Assembly (NCBI GenBank): GCA_036676725.1
Contig: JAKFCI010000209.1
Location: 1 to 53,072 of the forward strand
From: Chitinophagaceae bacterium
GTDB taxonomy: Bacteria; Bacteroidota; Bacteroidia; Chitinophagales; Chitinophagaceae
Reading direction: 5' to 3'
Length of the DNA: 53,072 nt
Positions 8,798 through 17,578 of the stretch are shown piece by piece (the stretch's first letter is position 1; each line of letters begins with the position of its first letter). The translations under genes and the position numbers were made by a program. The notes beneath the pieces are model-generated. The model saw only the letters and a program-made list of their open reading frames with translations, ran no database searches and had not been told where the DNA came from.

Positions 8798-9430
8798 TCA
8801 AACCGCTTTCCCAAGCTGGTTAAGTTTTTCCAGGCATTCAATCACTTCTTCATCAGTAACTTGTGTAAAATCTGAATAAAAAAGACCAACGCCATAGAAA
8901 GTTTCAGGTATTAACACGGCTATCAATTCATCTACCTCAGTAGAAAGCCGCATTGCCGCTGATTTTGACATTACAGGTGTTGCAACCACGATCTTTGCGG
9001 GTTCACTCTTTTTTAAAATATTAATGGTGGCAAGCAAAGTGTTACCAGTGGCTATTCCGTCATCAATAACAATTACCGTTCTTCCTTTCAAATCCTCCGG
9101 TTGCCGGTCGCCCATAAATTTTCTTTGCATTTCCTGCAACCTTCCTCTTATCTTTTCAATTTGCATATCAATGTATGACTGGGTTACATCCTCTTTTGGT
9201 AAAATAAATGCATCTTTTAAACCCACAGCACCAATTGCAAATTCTTTATTCATGGGATGGCCTAACTTTTTTACCAAAATAATTTCGAGCGGCATATTTA
9301 ATTCTTTGGCCACCTCGTAAGCGATGGGAACACCGCCACGCGGAACAGCTAATAATACACCCGGAGTATCTTTATACTTCCTGAGTTTTGCTGCCAAAAG
9401 CCTTCCCGCTTCACTTCTATTATGAAACAT
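8798..9430 (-). CDS. Phosphoribosyltransferase family protein (Rv0571c/Rv2030c N-domain type)
   Basis: F.NR.EAG..LA, LAVPRGGVP and the VIVIDDGIATGNT PRPP loop. Confidence 0.9.
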   Translation of the reverse strand: MFHNRSEAGRLLAAKLRKYKDTPGVLLAVPRGGVPIAYEVAKELNMPLEIILVKKLGHPMNKEFAIGAVGLKDAFILPKEDVTQSYIDMQIEKIRGRLQEMQRKFMGDRQPEDLKGRTVIVIDDGIATGNTLLATINILKKSEPAKIVVATPVMSKSAAMRLSTEVDELIAVLIPETFYGVGLFYSDFTQVTDEEVIECLEKLNQLGKAV

Positions 9431-9440
9431 AAAATGTTTT

Positions 9441-10100
9441 TTAATTAATTAATTCCAATGGTTGCACATGCAGTTCAAACCAATTGCCAGCTAATACACA
9501 TACTCTTTCCATTGCTCCTGGTTCTTCAAATAAATGCGTGGCACCCGGGATAATTTCTAATTTTTTTTCGCCTTCTAAATGGTCCAGCGCCTTCTGGTTT
9601 AATTTCAAAACTTCCGTATCAAGTCCACCAACAATAAGCAATGCTGGCACCTTTACTTCAGGCAATACATTCATTGCCAGGTCCGGTCTGCCACCTCTTG
9701 AAACAACGGCAGCAGTTTCCGGCAATTCACTTGCTGCAATAAAAGCAGCTGCGGCACCGGTGCTTGCACCAAAATATCCAAACCGAAATCCTTTACAATC
9801 TTCCTGTTGCTTTAACCACACCGTAACATCTTTAAGCCGTTCGCCAAGCATCGCAATATTGAAACGGTTTGAATAATCCCTGTCTTCGGCCGGCGTTAAC
9901 AAGTCAAATAAAAATGTAGCTATGCCTCTTTTATTTAAATAATCGGCTACCATTTGGTTCCTGGGGCTCAACCGGCTGCTACCACTGCCGTGGGCAAAAA
10001 TCACCAGGCCTACTGCATTGTGCGGAATTAAAAGATCACCTTTTAATCCAAGGTTCTCGGTTGGAATAACTACTGTTGTTTTAATATTTGGAGGATACAT
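9441..10100 (-). CDS. Dienelactone hydrolase-like alpha/beta hydrolase
   Basis: FAHGSGSSRLSPRN, GYFGASTGAAAA, VSRGGRPDLA and GATHLFEE motifs. Start placed at MYPPN (10100) because the extension overlaps the promoter. Confidence 0.88.
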   Translation of the reverse strand: MYPPNIKTTVVIPTENLGLKGDLLIPHNAVGLVIFAHGSGSSRLSPRNQMVADYLNKRGIATFLFDLLTPAEDRDYSNRFNIAMLGERLKDVTVWLKQQEDCKGFRFGYFGASTGAAAAFIAASELPETAAVVSRGGRPDLAMNVLPEVKVPALLIVGGLDTEVLKLNQKALDHLEGEKKLEIIPGATHLFEEPGAMERVCVLAGNWFELHVQPLELIN

Positions 10101-10118
10101 AGTATTTAGAATAATCAC

Positions 10119-10214
10119 CAAACTTATCATGCAACCATACAATATGCAATGACCACCATCATTGTAAGTTTTGACAGTGCTCATTGAAGTAAGAGCGGAA
10201 TTTTCCTTTTTTTA
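10119..10214. promoter_or_regulatory. Bidirectional tandem-box promoter D
   Basis: TGACCACCATCA 10150-10161 and TGACAGTGCTCA 10172-10183, with TTG outward on both sides. Perfect minus-strand TAAGTTTG ends at 10119; weak plus-strand TTTTTTTA ends at 10214. Confidence 0.8.
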
Positions 10215-10228
10215 ATAAAACGAATGAC

Positions 10229-11563
10229 ATGTCCAGCAATTTTTTTAAACATGCATCTCTTGATGAAGAAAAGGTCATTTCCTACATAGAAGACAAAGCC
10301 TATACGCTTATGGATCAAACGGACTTACAGCCGTTGTTGGATCTTATAGGAGATGCGCAACTTGTTTTATTGGGAGAAGCATCGCACGGTACGCATGAAT
10401 ACTATACCTGGCGTTCTTACATTACAAAACGATTAATAAAAGAAAAAGGGTTTCAATTTATTGGTGTTGAAGGCGACTGGCCGGATTGTTACCAGGTAAA
10501 TCGTTATATAAAAAATTATCCATCTGCAGGTAAAACCTCGTTGGAAGTTTTACAACGTTTTAATCGGTGGCCAACATGGATGTGGGCGAACTGGGAAATA
10601 GTGGCCTTGGCAGAATGGTTGTATGATCATAACCAACAATTGCAAATGGATAAAAAGGTTGGCTTTTATGGCCTTGATGTTTATAGCCTTTGGGAAAGTA
10701 TGGAAGCGATTATGCGGTACTTAAAAATTGTTGATCCCAATGCACTGAAAATGGCGGAAGATGCATTTAAATGTTTTGAACCATATCAACACGATGAAGG
10801 AAGATCATACGCAAAAGCCTCGCAGTTTACACCTGATTTATGTACTGATGAAGTGGTAGAATTATTAAGAAAAATACAGGATCGATTACCGCAGTACAAT
10901 ACAGACCATGAAAATGTTTTTAATGTAGAACAAAATGCATTGGTTACAGTGAATGCAGAAAAATATTACCGCGCAATGATCAGGGGCGGCGCACATTCCT
11001 GGAATGTTAGAGACAGCCATATGGCAGAAACACTTGAACGACTATTACAGTTTCATGGTGCCGGCACAAAAGCTATTGTTTGGGAACACAATACACACAT
11101 AGGTGATGCAAGGGCAACAGATATGACCAAGGAAGGCATGTATAACCTTGGCGAATTGGTACGGTTAAAACACCATGAAAAAGGTGTGGTACTTGTTGGT
11201 TTTGGATCTTATAAAGGAGAAGTAATAGCTGGTAAAAGCTGGGGCGCACCAATGAAAAAAATTGAAGTTCCTTCAGCACGTAAAGGAAGCTGGGAATACC
11301 TGCTACATAAAGCAGGCCCTGAAAACAAGTTATTACTAATGAATGATTTTATGGATTACTCTTTTATGGAAAATCATTTGGACCATCGAGCAATAGGTGT
11401 TGTTTACAACCCGGTTTACGAGCAATATGGCAATTATGTACCAAGCCTGTTGCCTTTGCGGTATGATGCATTTATTTACCTGGATCATACGCATGCTTTG
11501 CACCCGTTACATATTGAACCGGATGGTCACCAAATTCCGGAAACCTATCCATTTGGATATTAA
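10229..11563 (+). CDS. Erythromycin esterase family protein
   Basis: LLGEASHGTHEYY, VEGDWPD, FYGLDVYS, WNVRD.HM and WEHNTH.GDARAT motifs. Confidence 0.92.
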   Translation: MSSNFFKHASLDEEKVISYIEDKAYTLMDQTDLQPLLDLIGDAQLVLLGEASHGTHEYYTWRSYITKRLIKEKGFQFIGVEGDWPDCYQVNRYIKNYPSAGKTSLEVLQRFNRWPTWMWANWEIVALAEWLYDHNQQLQMDKKVGFYGLDVYSLWESMEAIMRYLKIVDPNALKMAEDAFKCFEPYQHDEGRSYAKASQFTPDLCTDEVVELLRKIQDRLPQYNTDHENVFNVEQNALVTVNAEKYYRAMIRGGAHSWNVRDSHMAETLERLLQFHGAGTKAIVWEHNTHIGDARATDMTKEGMYNLGELVRLKHHEKGVVLVGFGSYKGEVIAGKSWGAPMKKIEVPSARKGSWEYLLHKAGPENKLLLMNDFMDYSFMENHLDHRAIGVVYNPVYEQYGNYVPSLLPLRYDAFIYLDHTHALHPLHIEPDGHQIPETYPFGY

Positions 11564-11590
11564 AAAATATTGGTCGTAAAAAATTAACAC

Positions 11591-11655
11591 TGACAACAAT
11601 CATCACAAACATGTTTTTTGGTCATTGGTTAAGGCGTGATTAAAAAACATCTTTG
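11591..11655 (+). promoter_or_regulatory. Tandem-box promoter E (orphan, between convergent genes)
   Basis: TGACAACAATCA 11591-11602 and GTTTTTTGGTCA 11613-11624, then TTG, and -7 CATCTTTG ending at 11655. Confidence 0.65.
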
Positions 11656-11660
11656 ACCAG

Positions 11661-11718
11661 GTTTTTCAAAGGATATTGGATTAAAAAAAGGCTGGATTTT
11701 TATCCGGCCTTGCTTTTA
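11661..11718 (+). ncRNA. Candidate ~55-60 nt sRNA
   Basis: Lies between promoter E and the 11688-11711 hairpin; contains no ORF. Confidence 0.5.
11683..11717. terminator. Bidirectional intrinsic terminator
   Basis: AAGGCTGGAT/ATCCGGCCTT stem with an A-run on the left and GCTTTT on the right, between convergent genes. Confidence 0.75.
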
Positions 11719-11739
11719 TCTACATTACAAATATGGTAT

Positions 11740-12741
11740 CTAATAATTGGAACGTGTTGTAGCACCTTTTCTTTTTTGCTGCTCTAACTTTCTAAAATAG
11801 CCCCTGAATAAAAAATTATTTTTTGCCGCCATCATCACTTCATTAAAATCTCTGGTTCCTTTCTCTATATTTTTTAAACTGTTGCTCAAGTTTTCGGTCA
11901 TTTCTTTATTTTCTAATAATGCATTTACAGGCCCTTGCCCGTTATTTACTTTATTGCTGATATCAGCAACCAAAGTGTTCATTTGAACCGTAAGTGTATC
12001 TGCCCTGCTTTCGATAACTCTTATTTGTGCAACTGCATCTTTAATATTATGGGCAATTGTTGTATCGTTCAACAATTCGCCTATTGAACCTTTTCCATCT
12101 TTTACATTGCTTACAATTGTATTTAAATTGATCATCGCCCTGCTCATTTTTTCAGATGCATTTTTTAAATCAGCAAGCGATGACCTGATATTTACCGGGA
12201 GCGATTCATCTTCTAAAATACCCCAAAGTGCTTTACTGCTATTCAACCTTTGAACCGTAAATTTAAGGTCGCTGGCAATTACAGCTATGTCACTGCTGGT
12301 GGTGTTTAATACTTTCAATATATCATCTGTATCTGGGCTGGGTGTGCTGTAAAGAATATCACCTTCCTGCACAATGGGACCTTCCTCTTTTGAAGGTTTT
12401 AAGTTCACCAATTTATTACCCATTAAACCATCTGTTGTAATGGTTACAATTGCATTTTTGCGAATAAAGTTTTTCATTTTTTCTTTCACAAACAAAGTGA
12501 CCTCAATGGTTGTATCGTTTAATACTTCAATGCTTTTTACTGTACCGGCATCTATTCCGCCAAATCGTACATTACTACCTGGTTTTAAACCTTGTACATT
12601 TTCAAATCTTGCCTTTAAAGTAAATGTATTTCCAAACATGTTTTTGTTAGATCCAATCACATAAAGCAATAAGATGAGGAAGGCCAAACCAGCCATTACA
12701 AAAATCCCTAGCTTAATATGATTTACGATCCGTTTTGCCAT
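11740..12741 (-). CDS. mlaD: MlaD/MCE family protein with long helical tail
   Basis: N-terminal TM, GLKPGSNVRFGG..AGTV and TDGLMGNK motifs. Confidence 0.9.
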   Translation of the reverse strand: MAKRIVNHIKLGIFVMAGLAFLILLLYVIGSNKNMFGNTFTLKARFENVQGLKPGSNVRFGGIDAGTVKSIEVLNDTTIEVTLFVKEKMKNFIRKNAIVTITTDGLMGNKLVNLKPSKEEGPIVQEGDILYSTPSPDTDDILKVLNTTSSDIAVIASDLKFTVQRLNSSKALWGILEDESLPVNIRSSLADLKNASEKMSRAMINLNTIVSNVKDGKGSIGELLNDTTIAHNIKDAVAQIRVIESRADTLTVQMNTLVADISNKVNNGQGPVNALLENKEMTENLSNSLKNIEKGTRDFNEVMMAAKNNFLFRGYFRKLEQQKRKGATTRSNY

Positions 12742-13514
12742 TATTCAAAAAATTGTTTCACATTTTTGTCATTCGATCTTTGCAGTTCGGCATAGGTACC
12801 TTCGGCATAGCAAATGCCGTCAATTAATACTGCGATCCTGTCCGCTGTTAATTTGATGCTTTTCATATCGTGAGAAATTATTAATGAAGATGTGTGGTAT
12901 TTCTCTTTTATCTCAAGAATCAATTCGCAAATTTCACGGGCTGTAATGGGATCAAGACCTGTGGTAGGTTCGTCATACAAAATAATTTCAGGTCTTAAAA
13001 TAAGTGTCCTTGCTAATGCAATTCGTTTCCTCATGCCACCCGACAATTCTACCGGCATCATATCTACAGTATGCGCCAGTCCTACATTTGTGAGGGCTTC
13101 CATAACCATGTTATTCATTTCCTGGAAGCTAACTTCCATCCAATGCCGTCGCAAAGGAAATTCCAGGTTTTCACGAACAGTCATTGAATCGTACAAGGCA
13201 TTGCTTTGAAACAAAAAACCAACCTTAACGCGTAAGCGGTCTAGTTCATCAAGGCTAAGGTCAGGAACGTTTTGACCTAAAACTTCAATCCGGCCTTCAT
13301 CCGGATCTAATAAGCCGATGATGCATTTTATTAAAACAGATTTGCCCGAACCTGATTTACCAAGTACAACAACATTCTCACCTTTGTTTAAATAAAAATT
13401 AAAATCATTCAAAACTACGTTTGTACCAAACGCTTTTTTTACATGTTGAATGATAATGACTGCATCAGTTTGTTTTTCTTTTTTTGATAATATGGTTTTA
13501 GGTTCCGACAACAT
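12741..13514 (-). CDS. mlaF: MlaF-type ABC ATPase
   Basis: GKSGSGKS, LSGGMRKR and YDEPTTGLDP motifs; coupled to mlaE and mlaD. Confidence 0.9.
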   Translation of the reverse strand: MLSEPKTILSKKEKQTDAVIIIQHVKKAFGTNVVLNDFNFYLNKGENVVVLGKSGSGKSVLIKCIIGLLDPDEGRIEVLGQNVPDLSLDELDRLRVKVGFLFQSNALYDSMTVRENLEFPLRRHWMEVSFQEMNNMVMEALTNVGLAHTVDMMPVELSGGMRKRIALARTLILRPEIILYDEPTTGLDPITAREICELILEIKEKYHTSSLIISHDMKSIKLTADRIAVLIDGICYAEGTYAELQRSNDKNVKQFFE

Positions 13515-14284
13515 TAGTTCAGATTTAATACATCGGTTACCTGCACCGCAACAAGATCAATTACAAAAACAGTAACAGAAGAAACCACGACTGCTGTATT
13601 TGCCGATCGTCCAACGCCTTCTGTTCCCTTACTTGAAAAATATCCTTTGTAACAACCAATGATGCCCACGGCAAAACCAAAGAAGAATGTTTTGATAAAG
13701 GCCGGTAGAACATCGCCAAAAATAAGTATATCTGTTACCTGGGAATAAAATAAAGAAAAGCTTGTGACACCACGAATATTGACGCCCAAATAAGATCCAT
13801 ATAAAGAAATGGCATCTGATAAAAGTACTAACATTGGCAGCATCAATGTAGTAGCTAAAACCCTGGTTACTACAAGGTATTTAAATGGATTCGTACCCGA
13901 AACTTCCATGGCATCTATTTGCTCCGTAACCTTCATAGAGCCTAATTCCGCACCAATACTGCTGCCAATTTTTCCTGCAAAAATCAATGCGGTAATTACA
14001 GGTCCCAGTTCGCGAATGACAGCAACCGAGATCATAGCGGGCAATTGCGATTCAACGCCATATTCTACCAGCGAAGGCCTTAATTGCATGGTTAAAACCA
14101 GTCCCATAATAAAGCCAGTTAAAGCAATTAATGGAAATGACTGGTAACCTATAATATAGCATTGCCGAAGAAATTCTTTGAATTCGTAACGGGGTTTATA
14201 AAACTGGCTGAAAAACCGGCCTGTAAAAGAGGAAAGTTCTCCGGCTTCTCTAAAAAAAGACGTCCAGTTTTGGTTCCAGTTCAT
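13514..14284 (-). CDS. mlaE: MlaE-type ABC permease
   Basis: RELGPV, AELGSMKVTEQIDA and GVGRSANTAVV motifs. Confidence 0.92.
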   Translation of the reverse strand: MNWNQNWTSFFREAGELSSFTGRFFSQFYKPRYEFKEFLRQCYIIGYQSFPLIALTGFIMGLVLTMQLRPSLVEYGVESQLPAMISVAVIRELGPVITALIFAGKIGSSIGAELGSMKVTEQIDAMEVSGTNPFKYLVVTRVLATTLMLPMLVLLSDAISLYGSYLGVNIRGVTSFSLFYSQVTDILIFGDVLPAFIKTFFFGFAVGIIGCYKGYFSSKGTEGVGRSANTAVVVSSVTVFVIDLVAVQVTDVLNLN

Positions 14285-14300
14285 TGACCAGTTTAATATA

Positions 14301-14365
14301 TAAAGCTTGGTTATTTACTTTTTTAAAGCAATGAAGCAGGTCAGTAAGAATCGTGATTCTAATCA
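14301..14365 (-). promoter_or_regulatory. Tandem-box promoter F1 (mlaEFD)
   Basis: TGAAGCAGGTCA 14332-14343 and TGATTCTAATCA 14354-14365. Minus-strand TTG follows, and -7 AAGCTTTA ends at 14301. Confidence 0.75.
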
Positions 14366-14463
14366 AGTTAAATATTTTTTACGACAACAAAAAGCTTGTA
14401 AACAACTTTAATTAAAACGGATGAGCTTGTTTTTTTAACGCATTATATTTTCATTACCAGCAA

Positions 14464-14528
14464 TGTAAACAATCAAAACTTCTGCTGATTACCATCATTG
14501 TTTCATGGGCTTTCCTCTAATAAGTTTA
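14464..14528 (+). promoter_or_regulatory. Tandem-box promoter F2 (first baeRF3 gene)
   Basis: TGTAAACAATCA 14464-14475 and TGATTACCATCA 14486-14497, then TTG, and -7 TAAGTTTA ending at 14528. Confidence 0.75.
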
Positions 14529-14561
14529 CTGTAGTTTTTTAAAAAATAGTTTTCCAATGTT

Positions 14562-15686
14562 ATGACTGCGCAATTGAACGAGGAACTTCAAAAAATGTGG
14601 AGTGAAAAAGGTAAAACCTGCATCTCTATCATTCTTCCTTTACACGATTTAACCCGCGATCGAAAACCAGATAAACTGCATCTTCAAAAAGCCATTAAGT
14701 TAGCCGGCGATCAATTGTTAAAAACAAATGACCCGGATGCGGAAAAGTTGATCAAATCAATGAATGATATTTATTACGAAATGAAGTTCGACCATTACCT
14801 TGAAGGCATTGGTTTATTCATATCTGCCAACGTTCGTTACTATACTTTTTTTCCATTCCCGGTAACAAAAAAAATTGTTGTCAATAAAAGCTTTGTTTGG
14901 ATGGATCTTTTGTATAACCTACAGCTCTCTATTCCTTATTTTGTTTTAGATATTGATGAAAACAGGGCTCGCCTTTATTATGGAAAAACAAAAAAACTGG
15001 AAGAAATAAAAACCGATGATTTTCCACTTATTTATGATGATACTTATGATTATTCTTCTTCTTTAGGGATTTCTTTGAGTGCCGAAACAGATGCGCCAAA
15101 GGAATATGTAAAGGATACGTACTCTTTGAAAAAAGTTCGCTTTGAAAATTTTCTTCAACAAGTGGATGAACAGCTTTTTGATTATGTAAAAGAAGGCGAA
15201 GTAATCATTCTATGTGGTGTTAAAACCAACACATCTGCATTTATAAACCGTAGCCTCCACGCAGGAAAAATTATAAACATTGTAAACAGCCCTTTCGAAA
15301 GCTATACCCAAAAAGAATTGGCATCAATAGCCTGGAAAGCAATAGAGGCCTATACTAAAGAAAAGTTACTGTACGAGATAAGCGAGTATAAAGAGAAGGA
15401 AGGCGAAGGATTATCGGAGCATGATATTGTGCAAATTTGGCAGGCAGTTGAAGAAGGAAGGGGGGTAACATTATTGGTAGAAAAAGATTTCTGGATTGAA
15501 GGATATATACAAAAACAAAATCCATATATACTTTACCTGCACCACCCAAAACCACCGTATGTTTTGTTTCCCGATGCCATTAATCAACTGATTCAAATGA
15601 TGATTGATAAAAATGGAAAAGTTATTATCCTAAATAAAGGAATGCTAAAAACCCCGTTACCTATTGGGCTTATAACTAGGTTCTAA
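14562..15686 (+). CDS. baeRF3-like (aeRF1/Pelota superfamily, Balon-like) protein
   Basis: CISIILP, GIGLF, F..QVD, IWQAVEEGRG.TLLVEKD, G.V.I and C-terminal IGLITRF; no GGQ. Confidence 0.8.
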   Translation: MTAQLNEELQKMWSEKGKTCISIILPLHDLTRDRKPDKLHLQKAIKLAGDQLLKTNDPDAEKLIKSMNDIYYEMKFDHYLEGIGLFISANVRYYTFFPFPVTKKIVVNKSFVWMDLLYNLQLSIPYFVLDIDENRARLYYGKTKKLEEIKTDDFPLIYDDTYDYSSSLGISLSAETDAPKEYVKDTYSLKKVRFENFLQQVDEQLFDYVKEGEVIILCGVKTNTSAFINRSLHAGKIINIVNSPFESYTQKELASIAWKAIEAYTKEKLLYEISEYKEKEGEGLSEHDIVQIWQAVEEGRGVTLLVEKDFWIEGYIQKQNPYILYLHHPKPPYVLFPDAINQLIQMMIDKNGKVIILNKGMLKTPLPIGLITRF

Positions 15687-15716
15687 TTATATTTTTTATA
15701 GAGATTAATTAATCTA

Positions 15717-15781
15717 TGATATCCGTCATTGGTTATTTTGATGGTACTCATTGTTTGCGGGGCTTGCTAATTCTTATTTTG
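15717..15781 (+). promoter_or_regulatory. Tandem-box promoter G (BON-ybhB)
   Basis: TGATATCCGTCA 15717-15728 and TGATGGTACTCA 15739-15750, then TTG, and -7 TTATTTTG ending at 15781. Confidence 0.8.
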
Positions 15782-15854
15782 ATGTTGGTTGTAAAAGCTA
15801 TTATTTATTCATGTAGTGGTACAAGATGTATGCTAAACCTTTAAATTTTTAATC

Positions 15855-16526
15855 ATGAAAAAAGACCTTGAAATACAACAAGATGTAATGCTTGAGTTAA
15901 AATGGCAACCTTTTCTTGTTGCTTCCAATATAGGCGTATCGGTTAAAGATGGTATTGTTACTCTTTCCGGAACGGTTGATAATATGTCGCAAAAAATTGC
16001 TGCTGAAAATGCGGCCAAAAAAGTAAGTGGTGTTCGGGCCATTGCCGAAGACATCCAAATTGGCGTGTCACCCGCCTTTAGGAAAACAGATACTGAAATT
16101 GCAGAAGCAGTGCTAAATGCATTAAAATGGCACAGCGCTGTACCAGAAGAAAATATATCAGTAAAAGTAGATGATGGCGTTGTCACACTGGAAGGTGATG
16201 TAGAATGGGAATACCAGCGCAATTCAGCCAGGAATGCAATTTGCAATTTACTTGGTGTTCGCAATGTGTTCAATAACCTTGTCATCCGTCCCAAAGCTTC
16301 TTCATTAGATATTAAATCAAAAATCAAATCTGCATTTTACCGTTCCGCAACCATTGATGCAGATAAAATTTCTGTTGAAGTAGTTGGCAACAAAGTAGTA
16401 CTTACAGGAAAGGTAAGTTCCTATGGCGAAAAGCAAGACGCTGAAGATGCAGCATGGGCCGCACCCGGCATTGCAACTGTAGAAAACAAACTAGAAGTAG
16501 AACATGAACTGGAACTCTCATTTTAA
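15855..16526 (+). CDS. Triple BON-domain (OsmY-like) protein, no signal peptide
   Basis: Three repeats of I.V.V.dG.VtL.G.V....A...GV..V.N. Confidence 0.92.
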   Translation: MKKDLEIQQDVMLELKWQPFLVASNIGVSVKDGIVTLSGTVDNMSQKIAAENAAKKVSGVRAIAEDIQIGVSPAFRKTDTEIAEAVLNALKWHSAVPEENISVKVDDGVVTLEGDVEWEYQRNSARNAICNLLGVRNVFNNLVIRPKASSLDIKSKIKSAFYRSATIDADKISVEVVGNKVVLTGKVSSYGEKQDAEDAAWAAPGIATVENKLEVEHELELSF

Positions 16527-16577
16527 ATTAATGCAACAGAACTAAAATACTATTAAATCATCCTTAAAAATTATTTT

Positions 16578-17063
16578 ATGAATTTTGAAAAACCCTTGGA
16601 AGAAAACGCAGCCGTGGATTATAAACGTCTAAAAATTAATAGTCCCGCATTTGAAGAGGGTGAAATGATTCCCAAAAAATATACTTGCGACGGGCAAAAC
16701 ATTAATCCTCCTTTAAACATTGAAAACATACCACCTGAGGCAAAAAGCCTTGCCATAATTGTTGACGATCCTGATGCGCCTAATGGTAGTTTTTGTCATT
16801 GGGTGGTTTGGAACATTCCGGTCACCCATCATATAGTTGAAATAGAATCAAGGGGAAAAGCAGGAAGAAATGATTATGGACGGCATCAATACAATGGACC
16901 TTGCCCGCCTTCTGGCACACATCGTTACAATTTTATGGTGTATGCTTTAGATACCACTTTAGATGTTCCAGGTAGTTCTGACAAGAAGCAAATTCAAAAA
17001 CTAATCAGTGACCATATTGTCGCATTGGGCATAATTACAGGGAAATATAAATTGCAGGAATAA
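16578..17063 (+). CDS. YbhB/YbcL (PEBP/RKIP-like) protein
   Basis: YTCDG, DDPDAP, HWVVWNI and GPCPP..HRY motifs. Confidence 0.93.
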   Translation: MNFEKPLEENAAVDYKRLKINSPAFEEGEMIPKKYTCDGQNINPPLNIENIPPEAKSLAIIVDDPDAPNGSFCHWVVWNIPVTHHIVEIESRGKAGRNDYGRHQYNGPCPPSGTHRYNFMVYALDTTLDVPGSSDKKQIQKLISDHIVALGIITGKYKLQE

Positions 17064-17080
17064 CCTAAAACACCAATAAC

Positions 17081-17106
17081 AAAAAGCCCGTTGTATAGCG
17101 GGCTTT
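17081..17106. terminator. Bidirectional terminator
   Basis: AAAGCCCG..CGGGCTTT hairpin between convergent genes. Confidence 0.75.
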
Positions 17107-17124
17107 ACATTTTAAAAAAAAATT

Positions 17125-17310
17125 TCAATCCGCTTGTACAGGAATAGCCAATCCTCTTTTCAACATTTCTTCTTTTAGTTTGGAGGGAATATCATTCCTG
17201 CATTTGCAATTTTTAATATGGCTTAAATGCCATTTAATTCGCTGGTCAGTTGTAGCATTTTTAGGCATCGGGTGCGTCTTATGCCACGCTGCATTTATCC
17301 TAGAATCCAT
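17125..17310 (-). CDS. Small His/Cys-motif protein, 61 aa
   Basis: WHxxHPMP..WHxxHxxxCxCR; lies 26 bp after dodecin and before a terminator. Confidence 0.75.
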   Translation of the reverse strand: MDSRINAAWHKTHPMPKNATTDQRIKWHLSHIKNCKCRNDIPSKLKEEMLKRGLAIPVQAD

Positions 17311-17336
17311 TTAAAAAATTAAAAAGAGCTTAAAAA

Positions 17337-17537
17337 TCAATCCAACTCAAAACTTAGTTTAGCTGTAATGCGGTATTCGGTGATCCGGTTGTTTTCCACT
17401 GCCGCACTATGGTCCTTTATGTAAATGGATTTAATGTTGTGCAGTGATTTTGAAGCTTCAGTTACTGCTTGCTGTGCAGCGTCCTCCCAACTTGTACTTG
17501 ATTGGGCTAAGATTTCAATAACTTTTACTACTGGCAT
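17337..17537 (-). CDS. Dodecin family flavin-binding protein
   Basis: VVKVIEI...S..SWEDA...AV..ASKSL..I and YRIT.K.SF motifs. Start placed at MPVVKV. Confidence 0.9.
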   Translation of the reverse strand: MPVVKVIEILAQSSTSWEDAAQQAVTEASKSLHNIKSIYIKDHSAAVENNRITEYRITAKLSFELD

Positions 17538-17578
17538 AAAATATAATTTTAGTTGGTCAATTATTTTTTGAGATACTA

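Noticed and set aside
10229-11563. Macrolide-resistance gene (ere)
   Set aside because: Family-level similarity only; the context is a stress island with no mobile element.
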